From the NCBI GenBank assembly GCA_036172245.1, contig JAYWIR010000179.1, positions 1-40,354 of the forward strand: a DNA stretch of 40,354 bases. Reading direction: 5' to 3'. Every line of letters begins with the position of its first letter. Positions within the stretch are counted from its first letter, which is position 1. The translations under genes were made by a program, and so were the position numbers. The DNA comes from Raillietiella orientalis. Lineage: Eukaryota. The notes beneath the pieces are model-generated. The model did not search any database. It had not been told where the DNA came from and was given only the letters and a program-made list of their open reading frames with translations. This document shows positions 34,511 to 40,354 of this stretch, piece after piece.

Positions 34511-35348
34511 CGGGGATTCGGCGGGGAGCTGCGGAACGACCAGGCATACCACGACGCCCGTCTTTACTCTAGGACTCCCGACGTTCGACGCCTGGCGGAG
34601 TATAAAGCTGGGGCTGAGCGACAGACCTGGCAATCCGGGTCGCACAGCTTGCTGGACCCCCAAGGCCAGGAATGCTCAGGTCCGGCGAAAATAAACCGCA
34701 TTTTACGGAACTATTACTCCTCCTTGTACGCGCGTAGAACAACAGAGCGCGCCGTGGCGCAGCGCTTGCTGCCGCAAGGCGCCCCGCGCTGCAGGAGGAG
34801 CAGGCACATCAACTCGAGGACACTTTCTCGATGGCGGAGATCATCTTCACCATTGGAAAGCTCAGAAAGAGGAAAACACCAGATGAAGAAGGTCTGCCCG
34901 CGAAGTTCTACCAATGCTTCGTGGCGGAGCTGGCCCCCCTGGTGCATCGGCTTCGCATGCTGATCCGAGAACAAGGGTACGTCCCCAAATCGTTCCGGTT
35001 AGCTAGAGTACGTCCTCTGCCGTAAGGAGGAGACAATCGCAACGTAGGCAACTAACGTCTTATCACAGTAGTGAATGTGGATGCGAAGTTGCTTGTCAAG
35101 CTTTGGGCTGAGCGACTGGGACGGGTAGCGGATTCCGTGGTGAGTCCGGAGCAGATATACGCTGTTCTCGAAAAAAGCATGGAGGCCAAACTGTTCCTCG
35201 CCAGTACATGGTGGCTGTTTCAACAAAGCGAAGACCAGGGAGGTCAAGAGAATCCTGGATTCTTTTCTGACTAGTGAGGGGACGCCCATCATGGAAGAGT
35301 TGCGCCCGATGCCCTTGCGGTTGCAGTGGATCTGCGTAAAGCGTTTGA
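34511..35348 (+). pseudogene. Host element Z, ORF2 fragment 2 (linker and RT N-terminal half up to DLRKAFD), degenerate
   Basis: Resumes where fragment 1 stops (RGFGGELRNDQAYHDARLYSRTPDVRRLAEY...), then KRKTPDEEGLPAKFYQ, VNVDAKLLVK, SPEQIY and AVDLRKAFD, with several stops and frameshifts. It is cut by the 3' end of G. Confidence 0.85.
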
Positions 35349-35379
35349 TTTTTACCCGGATTACCTCGGGTCGTTTATT
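35349..35379 (-). terminator. 3' terminal AATAAA + hairpin of G
   Basis: AATAAA CG ACCCG AGGTAATC CGGGT AAAAA. Confidence 0.8.
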
Positions 35380-35563
35380 AAAAAATAAACTTTATAAAGA
35401 AATTATTTATGGCTGTGGCAATGCTCGAGCCAGAGGCGAGGAACCACGGAGCCTGCCAATTTACCGGTTTCTAGACCAGTACGTTTCACCAAGGCAGCAG
35501 GGAAAGGGGAGAAACAAAAAAATAAACAAAAAGAAACAAACGGTGGGAGGGAACGGGAAGGGA

Positions 35564-38500
35564 TCACTGATGCTGCTGGGGCCGGATCACTCCCTCTCAG
35601 GATGCTGGCAAGCTCTTGTTTGTTGTGAACATCCAGGTAAAGCCATCGCGACGCCTTCCTCAGGAATTGGGAGGCGCACTGGATGGCGTCCTGACCGCCT
35701 GGTCCTTCCGTCGCCGTGCTCCATGCGGCGACGATCCCACGAAGCCAGCACAAGGCTCCTATCGAGGACGCTGGCCGGAGGGCGTCGGCAACGAAGAAAG
35801 GTTTTAGTGCGTCCCTGGGGTTGCCGCAAGGGATACCGATGGTCGCAGCAAATCGGAACCAAAGGGGCCGAAGTGCAACACAATCCACTAGAAGGTGGGG
35901 GAGGGACTCCCGTTCCCCGCACCTTACACAATTGGGATCCACCGCTCCTCAGGTGCAGTGGTGTCGACGGGCGTTGCAGGGGAGTCCCCAGTGCTGCAAC
36001 AGGAATGCCGATTCTTGCCATTTTAGGGGGAGGATGGAAGTGTTCGTAAGAAACGGGTGCCACTTCAGATGTTCAGTCGGAACATCCAGCAGCGCTTTCC
36101 AGCGCAGAAGTCCATTAGGAGGCGTACTCGGGGTCGCAGCATCAGTTAGCAGGCCCGCCTTCCACTCTCTCTGCTTCTTGTCCTTCCCTCAGATTTTTAT
36201 TGTAACCTTCCACTTCGCCGCAACATTGCTGTCCCGATGTTCCACAAGGGAGTCCAGCGCAGCAGCGAGGGAGGTTCTTCCTGACCAGGCTCTCTTCTTA
36301 GGATCCTCCAGGATCTCACGAAGCGTGTAACTTCTGTAACACCCAAACAGGAACCTTCGTTCCTGATGGCAGGGTTGCATGCCGAACTGTCCCCACGTGC
36401 GAACGGTTTCCTGCAACCAGGCACTGCTGTTCGCGGGGAGACAGGTAATCCATCCTTGATTTTTCCTTGCCAGCGCAGCCACCCTCCATAGCTGAAGCCC
36501 ACATCGGTTGATGCGGCTTCGATGGAGTGCAAGAAACGGCGTAAGTCCCGTCTTGCCGGTATCTTCCTGAAGGAGGAGACGTGCAGGGACGCACCAACAG
36601 GTGCACCACAACTCTGAAACGAGTGCCGACAAGCGGAACTGGAGCTGAAGCTCCAGCCGCTCCAGCGTCAGGAGGCCCAGACCACCATCCCGACGAGGAG
36701 CGCACAAGTCCTTTAAGCGGACTCGGACCCTCCCGTTGCCCCAAAGGGCGATACGGAGGAGGTCCTTGGTCCGCTTTTTAATCCTCTCTGTGGGGGGGCA
36801 AACAAAAAGCAGGGGGCGGAGGAGAGGAGCCGCGAAAGTGTTCCAAACCGCGGCCCGTTCAGGCAGGAAAAACCTGCCGCCTCGGAACGGGCCGATTGCC
36901 GTCTCTGCTTTTTGAAGGCAGCCGGACCACGCTTACGCAGGGGAGTAGTCCCCCGACGGCACACCAAGGTACTTCAAGTACCTCAGCGTAAGAATTCCCA
37001 AACGGAACCAGTCCTGCTGCCCTGCCCACGCCGCACCAACTGGCATCACGGACGACTTCGCCCTGTTCACCGCAAGCCCGGTTCCTCGATTCAGCAGGTC
37101 GAAGAACTTCTCGACCGCCAAAGCCGGGGTAGACATAGGGAGCAGCAGCAGAAGGTCGTCCGCGTATGCTGAAACGGCCGGCGTACCGGCACAGTCGTGC
37201 GGCAAGTGCGCCAGAGTTCCCCTGTACGCTCTCAGTACCAGCTCAAAGTAGGTACTGAAGAGCAAGGGGCTCAGGCTGTCTCCCTTTCGGATCCCACGCC
37301 GTACCGGCACGCCGTGCAAGGTCTGCCCGCTGAAAGTAACATTGATGAGCGCGTCGCGCCAGCAGGAGTGCAGATAGGCCACTAATGAGGCCGGAAAGTC
37401 CAAGCGTTCCAGAAGCTCCAGAAGGAGATTCTGGTCGACGCAATCGAATGCTTTTCGCAAGTTGATTGCGACCGCAAGGGCTTCCTCCCCCGCCCGACCA
37501 TCCAACCCCTTGCCGGCGCACGCACCGGAATTCCGGCTGCGCACCAAGCTCCTTTCATGTTGAAGCTCTAGCCAGGTGGAAGCGGGGAATAGGTTCGCCT
37601 CCATGCTTCGCATCGCAACAGCATACGTCTGTTCCGGGCTGATGAAGGGGTTTGCAACCCGTCCCATGCGCTCAGCTCAAGCCTTAGATGTCAACTTGGC
37701 ATCCGCATTCACTATTGTCATGGGACGCCAGTTGTTCAAGCTCCTCAGATCTCCTCCCTTAGAGAGAAGCCGCACCTTTGCCGAACGAAACGAGGCGGGA
37801 ACGTCACCTGTCTCGCGTATCAGCAAGGTGAGTTGTTGTACCAGGGTGGTTAGCTAAGCATCAAAAGTTTGATAAAACTCCGCGGACAGGCCGTTTTCCC
37901 CTAGATCCTTGCGCCTCTTGAGCTTTCCGATGGCCGAGATGATCTCGCTTATCGTGAAAGGCTCGTTGAGGGACTTTTTCTCCTCTTCCCCGTTCGCAGG
38001 AGCGCCTTCCGGAAGCAGAAGTTGGGAGAAATCTCGCTCGGGAGGCGTTCTTGCGTACAGGGAGGAGTAAAAACGCCACAGCAGACCGCGGATCTGAGCG
38101 GGTGCCGAATGCTCCTGGCCCTGATCGTCTAGCAAGCTGGCCGATCCTGACTGCCAGGCTTGCCTCTCGGCTCCCGCTTTGTATTCCGCCAGTCTGCGGA
38201 TGTCGGGGCTCCTGGCGAAACGACGGGCCTGCAGGTAGGCTCGTTCGTTACGGACCCAGGTCCCAAAACCCGTAGGTAAGCGGTGCAGAAGGATCTGGTC
38301 GCAGAACTCCTGGACCGACCGTTCTAAGCGGTCGAGATCCTGAAGTGTCTGCATCCTGAAGCTCCGTATGAACGTGCGGAGATGTTCCGTCGCGTCCGGA
38401 AGCTTAAGCCAGTCCCCTGGCAAACGCCACGCTGACGAGGGGGGCCCCTGTCGCGCGGATGGATTTCAATCACGATTGGTCGATGTTCGGACAACTCGCA

Positions 38501-38996
38501 CGGTAACTTGCAGCGCTTACCCACACGAGTGCACAGGTGCTCGTCAAGGAACACGTGATCGATGTTGTCCTCTATCCCTGGTACACTGACCAACAAATTA
38601 CAAGTGTGCACCTCCTGGCACACCTTGTAGACTAGGTCCCGCTCGTGATTGGACCCATCCGGTTTCAGACGAACGTCAAAATCGCCTGCAACCAGATGGG
38701 CATTCCGCACGCCTGCCTCGGTCAACCAGTCGCGATGGAGGGCAAGGAAAAATTCTTTGCTGGACCTCCTGTTCGTCAGGTCCGCTCCGCTCGGGGCGTA
38801 ACCGATCGTGATGATGAGGTCGATCGAGTCGGACCAACTGAGAGTCAGCTGGCCGACAAGACCGTGATCGTCGAACCGTACGCCCCGAGCCGCGGCCTCG
38901 ACGGCTGGCCAAAGCAGGTAGGCGACACCGCAACTTTTCGCTCTCCCACACCTGTACCATAGCCGCCCTCCGGAGATGCGTTTCATCTCCCGGGCT
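35564..38996 (-). pseudogene. Element G ORF2 (partial endonuclease, RT, zinc finger), disrupted
   Basis: ORFs 38324..38986, 37854..38423, 36933..37667, 36189..36707 and 35403..35942; motifs NLRKAFD, YADD and CVRCGERESLPHLLVDC. Confidence 0.88.
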
Positions 38997-39006
38997 CGTA
39001 CAGTGC

Positions 39007-39013
39007 AGACGTG
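39007..39013 (+). promoter_or_regulatory. DPE-like RGACGTG motif at the 5' end of C'
   Basis: AGACGTG 10 nt inside the end. Confidence 0.55.
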
Positions 39014-39113
39014 TATCCGCGTCTATCCGCGCCAACGATCGGGCAACTTTGTGCCCGCGTTTTCGTTCGCAGTTGTGTGTTCCTGTGCAATCTGCCAAGT
39101 AGCATAGTGCAAC

Positions 39114-40354
39114 ATGGCCAGTACACAAAATAGTGTAGAGGAGCAAGCCACTGGATGCACTTCAGCTGCACTTGAATTGGCCCCATCCTCCGTAATGGTG
39201 TCCTCGCCCCCGGTGAGGAGTTACGCCGCCGTTACCTCCCAAAGACCAGGACCCTGCGATGCGGAGTTCCAGGCATATGTGTCATCAGGATACATGCCTG
39301 CACTCCGTTATAAGGTCAGTGGGCCCCTCAACGGGAGAATCGGTCGTGAGCTCAATGATCAGCACGTCCGGATCGGCGTTCGCGAGGAGGAACTCCTTGC
39401 CATAATGCCTGCTGGCAGGATGGAATATACGAAGATTCGGTGCAAGAACGCAGCACTTGTGCAGCGCCTTCTTCGTACGCCGTTGACCATGTATGGCAAG
39501 GAAGTCCTACCTACCGCGATGAACGACTATTTTGTCGTTCAATTGTCCGAAATCGAACCGGAAATCTCCAACCGCGATGTCGTAAGTGTGCTGGCAAAGT
39601 TCGCCACCGTGCACGCTCTGTGGAGTAGGCCAAATCCTCTAAAGGATTTCCCCTCTGTCCACATTGGACAAGCCTCCGCGCGGATCACCGTCGCGAACAG
39701 GCGTGTTGTGCCTGAGCAGCTGCAGGTGAACGGCACGGTCGTTCACCTGTGGTTCATAGGCCAGACTCGCGCGTGCGAGCAGTGCGGCAAGGATGGGCAC
39801 CGAATGAAAGAGTGCCCCTCTCCAAGATGCCGCTATGGCAAAGATTCCGGGCACGAAATCAAAAAGTGCCCGGTACTTGCAAGAAAAAGAGCCGCAGCAG
39901 AAATTCGTCGGGTTCAAGAGACCACTGCACGAAAAGCCGCAGCGGCAAATAAAAAACGTCGTCCGCCAAAACTCGTAAAAAACCACCAGCGATCCGCGGA
40001 TGAAAAGAAAGCATCCAAGCCCGCAACAATCCGAAAGGGGAAAGTGACGGCGGGGAAACCAATGAAAAAGGGGCGCAAGGGTTTGACGCGTGCCGTGTCT
40101 TCCCTCTCTGCCGAACTCGCAGGCACCTCTCCGAGCCAGGAACCAGGAAATCTCCGTAACACCCTGGTGGGAAAGGTAGGAAAACAGGAAGATCGCAACA
40201 GTGCGAAGACTTCTTGCGCCGTTCCGTTGTCCCTTTCGAGTTCCGGACAGCCCCACTGCAGCGCAGGCCCCTCTACAAAGGCTACGAAAGCCGTAAAAAG
40301 CAGCGTCGCGACGAACAAAAGCACGCTGCATGCAGTCGACCCATCGCCGACTCG
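39114..40354 (+). CDS. Element C' ORF1 (zinc-knuckle protein), apparently open to the window end
   Basis: ATG at 39114 (MASTQNSV...). It has TGG where C has TGA, and the second knuckle reads CRYGKDSGH (Cys to Gly). Confidence 0.75.
   Translation, partial: MASTQNSVEEQATGCTSAALELAPSSVMVSSPPVRSYAAVTSQRPGPCDAEFQAYVSSGYMPALRYKVSGPLNGRIGRELNDQHVRIGVREEELLAIMPAGRMEYTKIRCKNAALVQRLLRTPLTMYGKEVLPTAMNDYFVVQLSEIEPEISNRDVVSVLAKFATVHALWSRPNPLKDFPSVHIGQASARITVANRRVVPEQLQVNGTVVHLWFIGQTRACEQCGKDGHRMKECPSPRCRYGKDSGHEIKKCPVLARKRAAAEIRRVQETTARKAAAANKKRRPPKLVKNHQRSADEKKASKPATIRKGKVTAGKPMKKGRKGLTRAVSSLSAELAGTSPSQEPGNLRNTLVGKVGKQEDRNSAKTSCAVPLSLSSSGQPHCSAGPSTKATKAVKSSVATNKSTLHAVDPSPT

Larger units (their letters stand above)
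35349..40354 (-). mobile_element. Element G (B-like subfamily), inserted antisense in the RT KAFD codons of Z; 5' part lies outside the window
   Basis: The 3' hairpin at 35349-35379 directly abuts ctgcgtaaagcgtttga. ORF2 runs ~35564-38996. The second TSD copy is not visible. Confidence 0.87.
36590..40354 (-). repeat. Right arm of the inverted repeat (partner 8857 to ~12620)
   Basis: The coordinate sum is 49211 at both the C junction and the window end. Identity drops visibly beyond ~12620/36590. Confidence 0.9.
38997..40354 (+). mobile_element. Element C' (near-identical to the 5' part of C), inserted antisense in the G endonuclease; truncated by the window edge
   Basis: Same junction as C/B (atctcccgggct|cgtacagtgcagacgtg), collinear without net indel with 8857-10214. 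Confidence 0.9.

Noticed and set aside
1..40354. A strict antisense-only rule or one universal target sequence
   Set aside because: E is in the same sense as its host, and the target sites share no long consensus.

Overview
The whole 40.4 kb window is eukaryotic non-LTR retrotransposon sequence of the L1/Tx1 type: ORF1 with paired CCHC zinc knuckles, and ORF2 with an AP endonuclease, a reverse transcriptase and a C-terminal zinc finger. I see no host gene. What looks like a jumble of fragments resolves, through target-site duplications (TSDs) and ORF2 reading frames that resume across inserts, into a four-level nest of nine elements, each about 5.5-5.9 kb where both ends are visible. My labels: Z(+) contains A(-, 241-34510) and G(-, 35349 to beyond the window). 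A contains B(+, 2353-13858), D(+, 14784-25820) and E(-, 26164-32069). B contains C(-, 4286-10214), D contains F(-, 19669-25160), and G contains C'(+, 38997 to beyond the window). All eight insertions land in ORF2 of a related element, and seven of eight are antisense to their host. Every visible 5' end is essentially complete and carries RGACGTG. Every visible 3' end is a fixed 30-31 nt AATAAA-hairpin-T-NNN-AA unit with no poly(A) tail. Two diverged copies (B and G) hit the same nucleotide of the RT KAFD motif in different hosts. My inference is a Tx1-like lineage that preferentially targets and disrupts its own relatives. Every copy whose ORF2 is visible carries disabling mutations. Percent identities are eye estimates, and novelty cannot be confirmed without database searches.
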